A stretch of 64,000 nucleotides of DNA, taken from positions 1,344,001 through 1,408,000 of the forward strand of contig CBDCTH010000012.1 of the NCBI GenBank assembly GCA_965222155.1, read 5' to 3'. A model generated the notes under the pieces. The model worked only from the letters and a program-made list of their open reading frames with translations, did not search any database and was not told the DNA's origin. How positions within the stretch are numbered: the stretch's first letter is position 1; every line of letters begins with the position of its first letter. Shown here in pieces: positions 10,978-21,096 of the stretch. The position numbers and the translations under genes are program-made. Source of the DNA: Gammaproteobacteria bacterium (GTDB taxonomy: Bacteria; Pseudomonadota; Gammaproteobacteria; Eutrophobiales; Eutrophobiaceae).

Positions 10978-11042
10978 ATGAAAACAATGCAGTTGTATTA
11001 TGAGTTGTAGGTAAATGAATGAAAACTCTGGAGGGTGAGAAA

Positions 11043-13241
11043 ATGAGGGTTAAACATATCGTAATAAGCAGTATTAAATTAATTGTGTTACTGGGAATTT
11101 TTTTGCATCCAGCCCATGCACAAGTACAACTTGAAGAAATTGTCGTTACTGCGGAAAAGCGCGAACAGTCATTGCAGGATGTTCCGGCTGCTGTGACCGC
11201 ATTCAGCGAACATTATATTAACGAAGCCAGGATCGAGAATACTACCGACCTCGTCGGTCATATTCCCGGCCTGCATCTGGCTCCATTTACCCGAATACAG
11301 GCATTGCCCGCACTGCGTGGTGCTCATTCCGGTGAAGATGGCCCGGGACTGGATCAGCCGGTAGTCATGTTTGTTGATGATGTATATAAGGGCCGTGTAA
11401 CCGATTGGGATTTGGCCCTGTTTGATCTCGAACGAATCGAAGTCTTACGCGGGCCACAGGGAACCCTGTTTGGTCGCAATGTGGTAGGGGGGATCATCAA
11501 TGTAGTGACCAAAAAGCCGACGGAAGATACGCGAATTGTTATTGAGGGTGGCTCTGGCCGCTTCGATCTGGTGGATGTTAAAGGGGTGGTCAGTGGAGCC
11601 TTGCTGGAAGATAACGGTCTGTTCGGATCACTTGCTTTCTCCAGTAAGACTCAGGACGGCTATACATATAACAAGGCTACCGGGAAACATGTTGACAGCA
11701 TTGATAAACAAAGCGCCAAGGCCCAGCTTCGGTTTGCACCGGAAGGTAACTTGGAAGTCCTCTTGCAGGCAGATTTGTTGCGCGATACGGGTTATGGTCA
11801 CCACCGTGATTATCTGGCTGCTGCACCTGCATCTGCTGAGTTTGGTGGTTTTATACCGGATAGTAGTCCGGATACAACCAATCAACCCAATGATGGCGGG
11901 GTTGACCGGACTGCCTGGGGCACATCCCTGGTAGTGGATTGGGATGCGGGCTTTGCCCAGATTAAATCCATCTCGGCGTATTATGAGGATGAAGCCACGT
12001 TGGATCCAACCGATATCTTCGGCTCACCCTTGACTGACCTGTTTGTAGAAAATCAGAACTTTGATGTGGATCAGTTTTCTCAGGAGATCCGTATCTCCGG
12101 TGATGAGGCCTTTAATGGCAGATTGAATTGGGTCGTTGGCATGTATTACCTGAATATTGAGCATTTCCGTAACCGTACATTTAGTATGGACCTCCCACTG
12201 GGTAGCTTTCTCGGAGACTTGTTTCCTGGAGCTGCTGACCCACAAAGCTTCGCTGCCATCATGAATGTGGAAACGGATAGTATTTCAGGTTTTTTTCAGG
12301 GCACCTATTCACTTACAGACAATATTCGATTAACGGCAGGTGGCCGATATACCCATGACGAAAAAGATGGAAGTCTGACCCAACAGGGTGGAGCATTCAT
12401 TTTTACGATCGGTACTGACTTTACGGTGCCTCTTTCTGCCTCTTTTTCCAAGTTTACACCCCGCGTGACACTTGAATTTGATCTGAATGAAGACATCATG
12501 TTCTATGCCACCTATTCCGAAGGGTTCAAAAGTGGCGGATTTGTACAGTTTGGAAGTGGTCAGGTTGTACCCGAGGATTTCAATGTGCCGCTCAACCCGG
12601 AGACCGTGGAAAACTATGAATTCGGTGTGCGTTCGAGCTGGTTCGATAATCGCGTGACTGCCAATATTACCGGTTACATTGCGGACTACACGGATCTGCA
12701 GGTGTCACAACTTGTCGGCACGACGTTTGTCGTCACCAATTCAGGTAAAGCCGACGCGGAAGGAGTCGATGTTGAACTTAATATGGCGATTACGGATGGC
12801 CTGACTGCCTGGTTAAACTATAACTATTTCAATGGTGAGTTTGGCGCGGGTCCTTTCACCGGTAATGAAATGGTTACACCGCCGCACGCTTTTACCATAG
12901 GCAGCGCGTACAGCTTCCAACTGGGAGACAAAGGTGACCTCAGGCTTCGATTTGACCTGCAACATAAGGACAAATACTTTCAGGATCCGGCAAACGAACC
13001 CGGGATTCAAAATGATTTGGACAGTATAGTTAATGCAAGCATTACATGGGCATTGCCGACAAACTGGGAGTTAATATTGTGGGGCAAAAACCTCACTGAT
13101 GAACGTGCATTTAACTATTTGAACGATTCCAGTCCATTTATGTTAAGTGGTGCACAATTGGGTGCAGGCCAAATTTCATATGCAGCAAACTATATTCCGC
13201 CGCTAACCTGGGGGATCAGTGCACGCTATACATTTGAATGA
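11043..13241 (+). CDS. TonB-dependent receptor
   Basis: Signal peptide ending AHA-Q, TonB box LEEIVVTAEKR, ERIEVLRGPQGTLFGRN, C-terminal ARYTFE. Confidence 0.93.
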   Translation: MRVKHIVISSIKLIVLLGIFLHPAHAQVQLEEIVVTAEKREQSLQDVPAAVTAFSEHYINEARIENTTDLVGHIPGLHLAPFTRIQALPALRGAHSGEDGPGLDQPVVMFVDDVYKGRVTDWDLALFDLERIEVLRGPQGTLFGRNVVGGIINVVTKKPTEDTRIVIEGGSGRFDLVDVKGVVSGALLEDNGLFGSLAFSSKTQDGYTYNKATGKHVDSIDKQSAKAQLRFAPEGNLEVLLQADLLRDTGYGHHRDYLAAAPASAEFGGFIPDSSPDTTNQPNDGGVDRTAWGTSLVVDWDAGFAQIKSISAYYEDEATLDPTDIFGSPLTDLFVENQNFDVDQFSQEIRISGDEAFNGRLNWVVGMYYLNIEHFRNRTFSMDLPLGSFLGDLFPGAADPQSFAAIMNVETDSISGFFQGTYSLTDNIRLTAGGRYTHDEKDGSLTQQGGAFIFTIGTDFTVPLSASFSKFTPRVTLEFDLNEDIMFYATYSEGFKSGGFVQFGSGQVVPEDFNVPLNPETVENYEFGVRSSWFDNRVTANITGYIADYTDLQVSQLVGTTFVVTNSGKADAEGVDVELNMAITDGLTAWLNYNYFNGEFGAGPFTGNEMVTPPHAFTIGSAYSFQLGDKGDLRLRFDLQHKDKYFQDPANEPGIQNDLDSIVNASITWALPTNWELILWGKNLTDERAFNYLNDSSPFMLSGAQLGAGQISYAANYIPPLTWGISARYTFE

Positions 13242-14989
13242 AGGTAAAGTTATCAGTAATGGAACTGAAACACATCTGTATCGGCAAGACCCGGGAGCTG
13301 GATATACGGGGGCAAAAGGTCAGGACTGCTTTTATAAAAGAAGCTGCATCCGCTCCGGTACAAGTAAACGAACAGGGTTTGGAGGGCAATGATGTAGCTG
13401 TTCACACCGACGCTGTGTATGCCATTGCGCCTGAACATTACGATTACTGGGCAGAACAACTCGATGCAGATGTAAACGACTGGTCTCCAGGATTTTTTGC
13501 AGAAAATTTGTCCATTGCCGGACTGGATGAGTCCCGGTTTCAGGTCGGCGATATCCTGTCCGTTGGTCAGGAGGTGCGCTTGAGAGTATCCGGACCGCGC
13601 GTGCCCTGTTTCAAACTTTGCTGGCGAATGGGACAACCGGAAAGCTTTATCCGGGAATTTGCCCTGTCCGGTAAAAGCGGTGTCTATTTTAACGTGGAAC
13701 GGCCAGGGAAGATTCAGGCTGGTGATGAAGTGATCATCACCAGCAAGGCATCAAACAGTGTGGCCATCAATGATATTGTCGAATATATATTCGGGAGAAC
13801 CATCGATGAAGCCATGTTGCAGCACATCCTTGCTTTACCGGGGCTCAGTGAAACTTCTGCCTTACTGCTGCGTAATAAACTATTTCAAATTCAGGACCAG
13901 GAACGTACTTTTTCAAACCGTTGGCAGGGCTGGCGGGAATTCAAAGTAGATGAAATCATCAGGGAAACCGATGAGATAAAGTCTTTTATACTGACCTCCC
14001 AGGATGAGCAACCGTTGGCGCCCTATCGAGCAGGGCAATTCTTGACCGTACAATTACCGGATAATACTGAATCCCCGTTGATACGCGTCTGGAGTCTATC
14101 GGACTATGAGAACAAACCCGATCATTATCGGCTGAGTATCAAGAAAGAGCCTCAAGGGACGGGTTCTGTTTTTATGCATGAGCGAATTAACCCGGGCTCC
14201 AGCTTATTGATTAAACCGCCGCTGGGCCGGTTTGTGCTGGACCGCAGTGGATTCAAACCGATACTTCTCATTGCAGGCGGCATCGGGATCACACCGCTGT
14301 TGGCGATGCTCAAGGCACATATCACGCGTGGAGAAACTCGGCCGCCACTCTATTTTATCCATTGTTGTCGAAATCGGGCCGCACAGCCATTTCGTTCCGA
14401 ACTCGATCAAATCGCAATAGCACACGATATACCCATGCTCCATGTGTACGACCAGCCGACAGCGGTTGACAGGAAGGAGAGCGATTATCAGGCAGAAGGC
14501 TTTTTGAATATGGCACATATTAATGCTTTAACAGAAGGTTGCCATATCATTCATGGAGGTAAACGGATCAATATGCCTTTGGTTGAATTTGATATCTATA
14601 TGTGTGGGCCGTCGATATTTCGGGATATTCTGTATAAGGAGTTAACAAGCGCTGGCGCCAACCCTGAACGAATATTCCAGGAATCATTTTTGACCAATAG
14701 CGGCAGTCAACAGTATGGGCAAATAAATCATGCCACCGTCGTATTTTCAAAAGCACGTAAGACCGTTCAATGGACGGCAGGAGAAGATCTCACACTTCTG
14801 GAACTTGCTGAATCAGCAGGATTGTCTCCCGGTAATGCCTGTCGAATGGGTGTGTGCCAGAGTTGCAGTGTCGGACTGGAAGAAGGAACAGTCCATTATG
14901 ATTTCAGATTGACCCATCAACCTGGAGAGAATCAGGTCTTGCTCTGTAGCGCCAAACCTGCTTCCGGGCGAGTCGTATTGGCATTATGA
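13238..14989 (+). CDS. MOSC (YiiM-like)-FAD/NAD reductase-2Fe-2S ferredoxin fusion
   Basis: GPRVPCFKL MOSC cysteine, RVWSLS FAD motif, AGGIGITP, YMCGP, C-terminal CRMGVCQSC...C. Confidence 0.88.
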   Translation: MKVKLSVMELKHICIGKTRELDIRGQKVRTAFIKEAASAPVQVNEQGLEGNDVAVHTDAVYAIAPEHYDYWAEQLDADVNDWSPGFFAENLSIAGLDESRFQVGDILSVGQEVRLRVSGPRVPCFKLCWRMGQPESFIREFALSGKSGVYFNVERPGKIQAGDEVIITSKASNSVAINDIVEYIFGRTIDEAMLQHILALPGLSETSALLLRNKLFQIQDQERTFSNRWQGWREFKVDEIIRETDEIKSFILTSQDEQPLAPYRAGQFLTVQLPDNTESPLIRVWSLSDYENKPDHYRLSIKKEPQGTGSVFMHERINPGSSLLIKPPLGRFVLDRSGFKPILLIAGGIGITPLLAMLKAHITRGETRPPLYFIHCCRNRAAQPFRSELDQIAIAHDIPMLHVYDQPTAVDRKESDYQAEGFLNMAHINALTEGCHIIHGGKRINMPLVEFDIYMCGPSIFRDILYKELTSAGANPERIFQESFLTNSGSQQYGQINHATVVFSKARKTVQWTAGEDLTLLELAESAGLSPGNACRMGVCQSCSVGLEEGTVHYDFRLTHQPGENQVLLCSAKPASGRVVLAL

Positions 14990-15010
14990 GATATAGCTGG
15001 TTGCGTCCAC

Positions 15011-15907
15011 ATGCCCACCAGGAATAACCAGGCAAAGACCAATCCGGTCTGGTTGAACATGAACCAGGCTGAATTGGATAAAGCCTATCAACAAAGCAAC
15101 TATGCTTCCAATCTGGAAGAAGTCATAGCCAGGTATACATCCGGTAGCGAAGCAGCGCGTCAACAATTGGGCGAGCCAAGGACCTATAAATACGGAAACA
15201 AAACTATTGAGACACTGGATGTTTTCCCGGCATCAGGAACTAAAGCGCCAATCATTATTTTCATTCACGGTGGCGCCTGGCGTCTTGGCCGTGCCGGTGA
15301 TTATGCGTTTCCTGCACCCTTATTTACCGAAGCGGGGGCACATTGGATTACTCCTGATTTCGATTCGGTTCTCGATGTAAACAGTAATCTGATGGTGCTG
15401 GCTTCTCAGGTCAGAAATGCGGTTGCCTGGGTGTATCAGAATGCAGAACTCTTTAACGGTGATAAAAGCAGAATATATGTTTGCGGTCATTCCTCCGGCG
15501 CTCATCTGGCTGCCGTGTGTATGACAACCGACTGGAAATCCGAATTTAACCTGCCGCAGGACTTTCTGAAAGGCGGTCTTTGTTGTAGCGGCATGTTTGA
15601 TTTGAAACCGGTACGGTTATCATCGCGCAGTGAATATCTGAATATTACTGATGAGATAGAACAACAGTTAAGCCCACAACGCCAGTTACATCACCTGCAT
15701 GCCCCGTTGTTGATCAGTCACGGTACCGATGAATCACCGGAATTCATTCGACAGTCTCATGATTTTGCCAAAGCGATCGATAAGCTGGGAAAACCGTTGC
15801 ACTATACGATAGGCATCGATTTGAATCACTTTGAAATACTTGAAACGCTGGCCAATAAAACAGGACTTCTGGGCAGTGCACTCTTGTCATTTATGCAGTT
15901 ACGGTAA
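15011..15907 (+). CDS. Alpha/beta hydrolase, arylformamidase/kynurenine-formamidase-like
   Basis: FIHGGAW, GHSSGAHL, ESPEFIRQS, NHFEI. Confidence 0.8.
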   Translation: MPTRNNQAKTNPVWLNMNQAELDKAYQQSNYASNLEEVIARYTSGSEAARQQLGEPRTYKYGNKTIETLDVFPASGTKAPIIIFIHGGAWRLGRAGDYAFPAPLFTEAGAHWITPDFDSVLDVNSNLMVLASQVRNAVAWVYQNAELFNGDKSRIYVCGHSSGAHLAAVCMTTDWKSEFNLPQDFLKGGLCCSGMFDLKPVRLSSRSEYLNITDEIEQQLSPQRQLHHLHAPLLISHGTDESPEFIRQSHDFAKAIDKLGKPLHYTIGIDLNHFEILETLANKTGLLGSALLSFMQLR

Positions 15908-15983
15908 ATAGTTGGGGTCAGAGTTTCGGTCTTGTATGATGCTGATTTAAGAAAATTTTGCCTTCACGATTTCTCGGCATACA

Positions 15984-17408
15984 TTATTGAATCAGCGGTG
16001 CGGTGCGCGGCCAGGGCGCCGCCACTTCAAGCTGTGCAGCTAATTGCAGCAGGGTTGCCTCATCCCCGAAACGGCCGGCAAATTGCATACCTAACGGCAG
16101 GTTATCCGCCGTCCGCTGTAACGGCAACGATAGCGCCGGTTGCCCGGTCATATTGAATAACGGCGTGAACGGGCAGTAATCAAACAGGTGTTTGGACCAG
16201 CTCTGTGCATCGAATGATGCATCGTTCGCATTTATAAATCCGACAGGCAATGCAGGTCTGGCCATGGTCGGTGTCAGCAGCAGGTCATATTCTTCAAAAA
16301 ATGCGCCGACGGTACGACAGATGTGATTGGCCGCCCCCTGGGCCCGCAACAATTCTCCCGCCGATAATTCCTTTCCACGCCGATAACAGGCAAGTGTTGT
16401 TGCCTCAAGGGTTGTTTCATCCGGTGTCCTGCCGGTCATATTGGCAAAGAAGTCAATAAATACGGGTAGATTTGCAGCCCAGTACACAACGGTTGCCCCG
16501 AAGAATTCCTGCCAGTCAAATACAGGAGTGGCTTCGGTTATTTCATGGCCTGCTTGCGCGCAGACTGCCGCGGTTTTTTCCACTGCGGATTTTAACTCGG
16601 CATCCACTTCCGAACCGGACCAGGACGTGGAAGTATACGCGATCTTAAGAGGTTGAGGCGGCTTCCTTATCTGCTGCAGGTACGGCACGTGAGGCGATGC
16701 GATGATAAAAGGATCGCCCGCACTGTGTCCGTGTACGGCATCCAGTAATGCCGCCGCATCACGTACGCTGCGCGTGACCGCGAAATCCACAGCCAGCCCG
16801 CTTAATGGTTCTCCGGTATCGGGGCCTGGAGATACCCTGCCGCGCGTCGGTTTCAGGCCTACCAGTCCGCAGCAGGCTGCAGGTATCCGTATGGAACCTC
16901 CTCCGTCATTTGCATGGGCCAGCGGCACAATACCGGCGGCAACGGCCGCGGAACTGGCGCCGCTGGACCCCCCGGGCATGCGTTGCAGGTCCCAGGGATT
17001 GCGGCTGGGACCGTTTATTATGGGTTCGGTCGTTATGCAATAGCCGAATTCTGGTGTAGCGGTACGACCCATAGTCTGCAGGCCGGCGTCCCGAAAACGT
17101 TTCATCAACTCGGTATCGTGATTAAACCTGACACCCTGCCCAAGGCGGCTGCCGAACTCATTCAACACCCCTTTTGCGTGCAGAGCCAGGTCTTTTATGA
17201 GGAAAGGAACGCCTTGAAACGGGGCGTCCGGAGAGCGATTGGCTGAAAGCGGCGCGGGGAATTGTTCAATAATGGAATTAATTTGCGGGTTGACACTGTC
17301 TATTGCCTGTCCGGCGCAATCAATCACTTCAGCCGCGCTTACTTCCCGGTTGCGAATAAGCTCCGCCAACCCCAAACCGTCATAGTTTACGTATTCGTTT
17401 AACTTCAT
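15984..17408 (-). CDS. Amidase-signature family amidase
   Basis: GVPFLIKDL, PGGSSGAS, DGGGSIRIPAACCGLVGLKPTRGR (Ser-cisSer-Lys triad). Confidence 0.92.
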   Translation of the reverse strand: MKLNEYVNYDGLGLAELIRNREVSAAEVIDCAGQAIDSVNPQINSIIEQFPAPLSANRSPDAPFQGVPFLIKDLALHAKGVLNEFGSRLGQGVRFNHDTELMKRFRDAGLQTMGRTATPEFGYCITTEPIINGPSRNPWDLQRMPGGSSGASSAAVAAGIVPLAHANDGGGSIRIPAACCGLVGLKPTRGRVSPGPDTGEPLSGLAVDFAVTRSVRDAAALLDAVHGHSAGDPFIIASPHVPYLQQIRKPPQPLKIAYTSTSWSGSEVDAELKSAVEKTAAVCAQAGHEITEATPVFDWQEFFGATVVYWAANLPVFIDFFANMTGRTPDETTLEATTLACYRRGKELSAGELLRAQGAANHICRTVGAFFEEYDLLLTPTMARPALPVGFINANDASFDAQSWSKHLFDYCPFTPLFNMTGQPALSLPLQRTADNLPLGMQFAGRFGDEATLLQLAAQLEVAAPWPRTAPLIQ

Positions 17409-17501
17409 CGGTATCTGCACTGTATTACGCAACAAGGTTGCAAAGATGTATTCTGTAAAATAAACCGCTCAGATGCAACTATCCATCGAGTTGAGACCGG
17501 G

Positions 17502-18773
17502 CTATGCATGCTTCCAGGACGCGGGCGCCATGTCGTACGTTTCCTGTTTGACCATTGCCAGGCATAGCGCCAGCAGCAGCGCCGCGGGAAATACCAGCGC
17601 GGCTGCGCTGAGCGGGACGTTGAAGTGTTCCACGAGTCTTGCCGGGATGGGCATCAGCAGCGCGCCGATCACAAATGATACACAGGTCAACAAGCCGAAT
17701 GCGGTGCCGGCCATTGCCTTTTCACAAAACCGGGTCGTCATCGTATAACACATGGGGCTGACACCGGTAAAAAAACCGACGGACAGGAACAGAAAATAGG
17801 CCATGGCAGTGGAGAGTTCGCTCATCAGGGTAAACAGCAGTAAAGCGATGACATCGCACACTAAAAAAATGATGCAGGTAAACTTGAAACTGCGCACATA
17901 ATCCGAAAATACGTGGACCAGGAGAGCGCCTATCCCGAAACCGAACCAGATGGTGGAATTTATATTGCTTGCTCCTGTCGGGTCAAAACCCTTGAAGATG
18001 AGCAGTTTGATCCCCCAGATGATCCCGACCCCCAACATCATACCGAATGTCAGTCCGCTAATCAGCGTGACCTGCCAGAACAAGGGTTGGACGGACAGGA
18101 CCTTCAGATCCCGGAACAGGCCGCCCCAGAAAGGCGAGTGCGTAACCGATTTTACCGGTTTACCCTGTCCATCGTCGGGTTCACGCACCAGCATGGCGAA
18201 GGCTATCAGCAATAGAAATCCTATGAACGCCTCCAGCAGCATAATGTCCTGCCAGACCAGCGCCAGTATCAGGTAGCCCACCGCGGCCTGACCCAGGGTA
18301 TTCGCCGTAGCCGCCACAGTCTGCGCAATGCCGAAAACCAGGCCGAAATGTTTGATGTCGAACCAGTATCTCGTCAGGTAGGCGAGGCCCGGGTAGCCGA
18401 AAGCGCCGCCTATCCCCATTAACGCCTGGCCGATGACGATGACCGTTGCATTGCCGGCCAGACCGAAAATCAACGCCCCTGAGGCAACGGTTGCAATGCC
18501 GGCGCTTAACATTGTACGGGCGCCATAGCGGTCAAGCAGTCCACCGGCCGGGATTGTCATGACCGCATAGGTGATCGCGTACACCGCCCCCAGTTCTCCG
18601 ACTTGTGAAAGAGTCAGCGACAGCGATTCGGCGATACTGGCATTCAGTACCGCGTAACTGCTTTGGGTCTGAAACTTGTAGACGACGTAGGTGACGCTAA
18701 ACCCCCAGATGACCCAGGCCAACGGGCGCCTGAGGCTCTGTTGTCCAGTGCTTTGTTGGGTGGATGTGCTCAT
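17502..18773 (-). CDS. MFS transporter
   Basis: GGLLDRYGAR motif A, 12 hydrophobic segments. Confidence 0.88.
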   Translation of the reverse strand: MSTSTQQSTGQQSLRRPLAWVIWGFSVTYVVYKFQTQSSYAVLNASIAESLSLTLSQVGELGAVYAITYAVMTIPAGGLLDRYGARTMLSAGIATVASGALIFGLAGNATVIVIGQALMGIGGAFGYPGLAYLTRYWFDIKHFGLVFGIAQTVAATANTLGQAAVGYLILALVWQDIMLLEAFIGFLLLIAFAMLVREPDDGQGKPVKSVTHSPFWGGLFRDLKVLSVQPLFWQVTLISGLTFGMMLGVGIIWGIKLLIFKGFDPTGASNINSTIWFGFGIGALLVHVFSDYVRSFKFTCIIFLVCDVIALLLFTLMSELSTAMAYFLFLSVGFFTGVSPMCYTMTTRFCEKAMAGTAFGLLTCVSFVIGALLMPIPARLVEHFNVPLSAAALVFPAALLLALCLAMVKQETYDMAPASWKHA

Positions 18774-18919
18774 TTTTAATCTGAAGGTTCGATCCGGACC
18801 GGCATTATTTGCACTACCTGACATTGCGCCGAAAACTCAGGTTAACGTAATTAGCAACCAGATGTCTATCTATTAGCCCAGCAAACCAGGGCGAACGCAT
18901 ACTTTAGAATCCGGGTTAT

Positions 18920-19140
18920 CGTCATTCCGGCGCAGGCCGAGTAGTGGCACATAGCCTGCCCCTGCAGGCTGTAAGCAGGGGGATGTGCCGTCAACGGAGC
19001 GTAGGATGCAAATCCAGTCGAAAAAGACGGTTCCTTATGGTAGAAGGTTGGTTTGTTAACTGGATTCCGGCCTGCGCCGGAATGACGCACTGAGTTATAC
19101 AGCTGGTTTTCTATTCTTGACGGCCTGCGCCGGAATGACG
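18920..19140. repeat. Cluster of REP-like CGTCATTCCGGCGCAGGCCG units
   Basis: One forward copy (18920-18939) and two reverse copies (19060-19087, 19121-19140). Confidence 0.8.
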
Positions 19141-19172
19141 AGATCAGGGCAAGCGCATACTTTTTTATATCT

Positions 19173-19274
19173 AGGGAACCTCTATTTATTCACAAATTGA
19201 TATATTAGCGGTCAATGATTTCAATAAGTTAGCGACCCTATGTATCGAAAAATGTCTATTATTAGAGGTTCCCT
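19173..19274. mobile_element. About 100-bp MITE-like element
   Basis: Perfect 12-bp terminal inverted repeats AGGGAACCTCTA / TAGAGGTTCCCT, no ORF. Confidence 0.65.
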
Positions 19275-19368
19275 CTATTATAAGGACTGTCCAAATAGAA
19301 TCTGCGCCCGTCTCCTATCACTCCACCCGGTCTGCTTGAGTGTCCCCCGCATACTGTTCTTGTGTGGA

Positions 19369-19483
19369 GGGGACAGATTTAAATCTGTCCCCGGGAAATA
19401 AGGGAGCATGTTTCCCCAGGAGGGCGTCTCGCCCTCCACGAGGGCAGGATGCCCCAGCTCCCGGGAGTTGGCGGGAACTGCTG
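19369..19483 (+). mobile_element. Partial copy of MITE family A (left end missing)
   Basis: GGGGACAGATTTAAATCTGTCCCC palindrome plus GAGGGCGTCTCGCCCTC and right end GCGGGAACTGCTG, shared with 44174-44349 and 52306-52494. Confidence 0.8.
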
Positions 19484-19742
19484 GTAAACTCATGATTTTC
19501 TCCTCAAGTTGGGGCTAATACTGCGATGATCCCCACAACATCCTTAAGTTCCCTGCTTAGGACAAAAAGTATGATCTTGCCCTGCCCAGCAAACTTCAAT
19601 TGAATCATGTTTTTGAGTGCCAGCAACATTTTTATAGTATTTTATTCGCTTAATCTTGAGTTGGGCGAATTGTGCATCCACTTATCTCAATCTAATCCGT
19701 ATGACGTAGTACCAGGTACTATGGTTTGACAGAGAACGAATT

Positions 19743-20528
19743 ATGCTAAAAGATAAAGTTGTCTTTATCACCGGCGGCGCAAGGGGCATCGGCTACGGCA
19801 TTGCCCTTGCCGCACTTGAAGCCGGTGCGCGGGTCGCCATTGGCGACCTGGATGAACAAACGGTATTTGCCGCGCGGGATACTCTGCTCATTGAATCAGC
19901 CGCCGTCGATGAGGCAGTATTCGCTACGGTCGTTGATGTGGCGGATGAACCATCGGTCGAAACAGCATTGGCTGCGACACAAGCGTATTTTGGTTTCCTC
20001 AATGGATTGGTCAATAACGCAGGAGTCATTCGTCTGGGAGAAAATCTCGGAGCGAGTGTGAACGACTGGCAGGTACAAATGGAGGTCAATGTCATCGGTA
20101 CGCACAACTGCTGCCGGGCGTTCGCAAAGATGCTTATCGACGCGGCACAACCCGGGGCAATCGTTAATATTGCCTCCAATTGCGGCAAAGTCGGCTATCC
20201 GAATATGGCCGGATATAATGCCAGCAAGGCTGCGGTTATCAATCTGACCCGCTCGCTGTCGGCGGAACTGAGTGACCATAAAATTAATGTCAACGCGATT
20301 TGTCCCGGCGGTGTCTATACGCCCATGCTGATGGAGGTCGCTGAAGCCATCGGCGAACGCATCGATGAGCAGGCGGAGGAACTGGTCAAGACGATGGTGC
20401 CGGCACAGTTAGGCCGGCATATCGAACCCCTGGAGGTCGGGCGGGTAGCCGCATTTCTTTTGTCCGATCATGCCACCGTTATCCGCGGGCAGTCGATCAA
20501 TGCCGATGGCGGGGATACGCCCTACTAG
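19743..20528 (+). CDS. Classical SDR oxidoreductase
   Basis: TGGARGIG, NNAG, YNASK catalytic motif. Confidence 0.92.
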   Translation: MLKDKVVFITGGARGIGYGIALAALEAGARVAIGDLDEQTVFAARDTLLIESAAVDEAVFATVVDVADEPSVETALAATQAYFGFLNGLVNNAGVIRLGENLGASVNDWQVQMEVNVIGTHNCCRAFAKMLIDAAQPGAIVNIASNCGKVGYPNMAGYNASKAAVINLTRSLSAELSDHKINVNAICPGGVYTPMLMEVAEAIGERIDEQAEELVKTMVPAQLGRHIEPLEVGRVAAFLLSDHATVIRGQSINADGGDTPY

Positions 20529-20793
20529 TACTCTTTCCAGGTGATATTATCATGTTCAGAGCCAAGCAGCGGCTTCAAGACAAGGCGCAGTCCGCAGAGA
20601 ATGGCCCGCCCTTGTCAAGGACTGCAACGCCGGATTGGAGCCGCTGCTTGGCTCCTTGCGGGCGGGCCGGGAAGCGGTCGCCCGCGCTGTTGCGCCTCTT
20701 GGCAAGGGCTGGCCATTACCGGCGAGGCGCGCCTGGCGCTCAACCGCTTCCCGACCCGCTGAATATGACAATATCACCTGGAAAGAGTACTAG
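20525..20793. mobile_element. 269-bp MITE with 35-bp terminal inverted repeats
   Basis: CTAGTACTCTTTCCAGGTGATATTATCATGTTCAG against the reverse complement of 20759-20793 (2 mismatches); overlaps the SDR stop codon. Confidence 0.8.
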
Positions 20794-20819
20794 ACACTGG
20801 TCACTGGTTGTCAGGATGC

Positions 20820-21094
20820 TTCAGGTAACTGTTCTCGTCGGTGTCATCGGTATCATGGGCCAGGATGCTGCAACGGCTCTCAACCCACCGAATATCGCCG
20901 GGCTGGAAGTGCGCGATCCGGAATTAATCGTTCCTGAATACGTAGAACTGCTGAGACCGGACGTTGACCTCATCGTGCTGTTGACCCACCAGGGCAAAGT
21001 CGGACGTGATTTCGGACAGGCGCTTGTAGATTATTTCAAGTCGCGTAACATCGTTGATGTTCCTGTAAGAGGCCGCTTGTTGCCCGGGAGTTAG
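20820..21094 (+). pseudogene. Remnant of a bifunctional metallophosphatase/5'-nucleotidase
   Basis: VGVIGI...DPE...ELLRPDVDLIVLLTHQG joined directly to a C-terminal-like ALVDYFK...PVRGR; no credible start. Confidence 0.55.
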
Positions 21095-21096
21095 CG

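Noticed and set aside
18900-19490. CRISPR array
   Set aside because: Repeats are inverted and irregular, with no constant spacer length and no cas genes.
20552-21094. 180-aa ORF as a real gene
   Set aside because: First half lies inside a MITE, second half is a nucleotidase relic.
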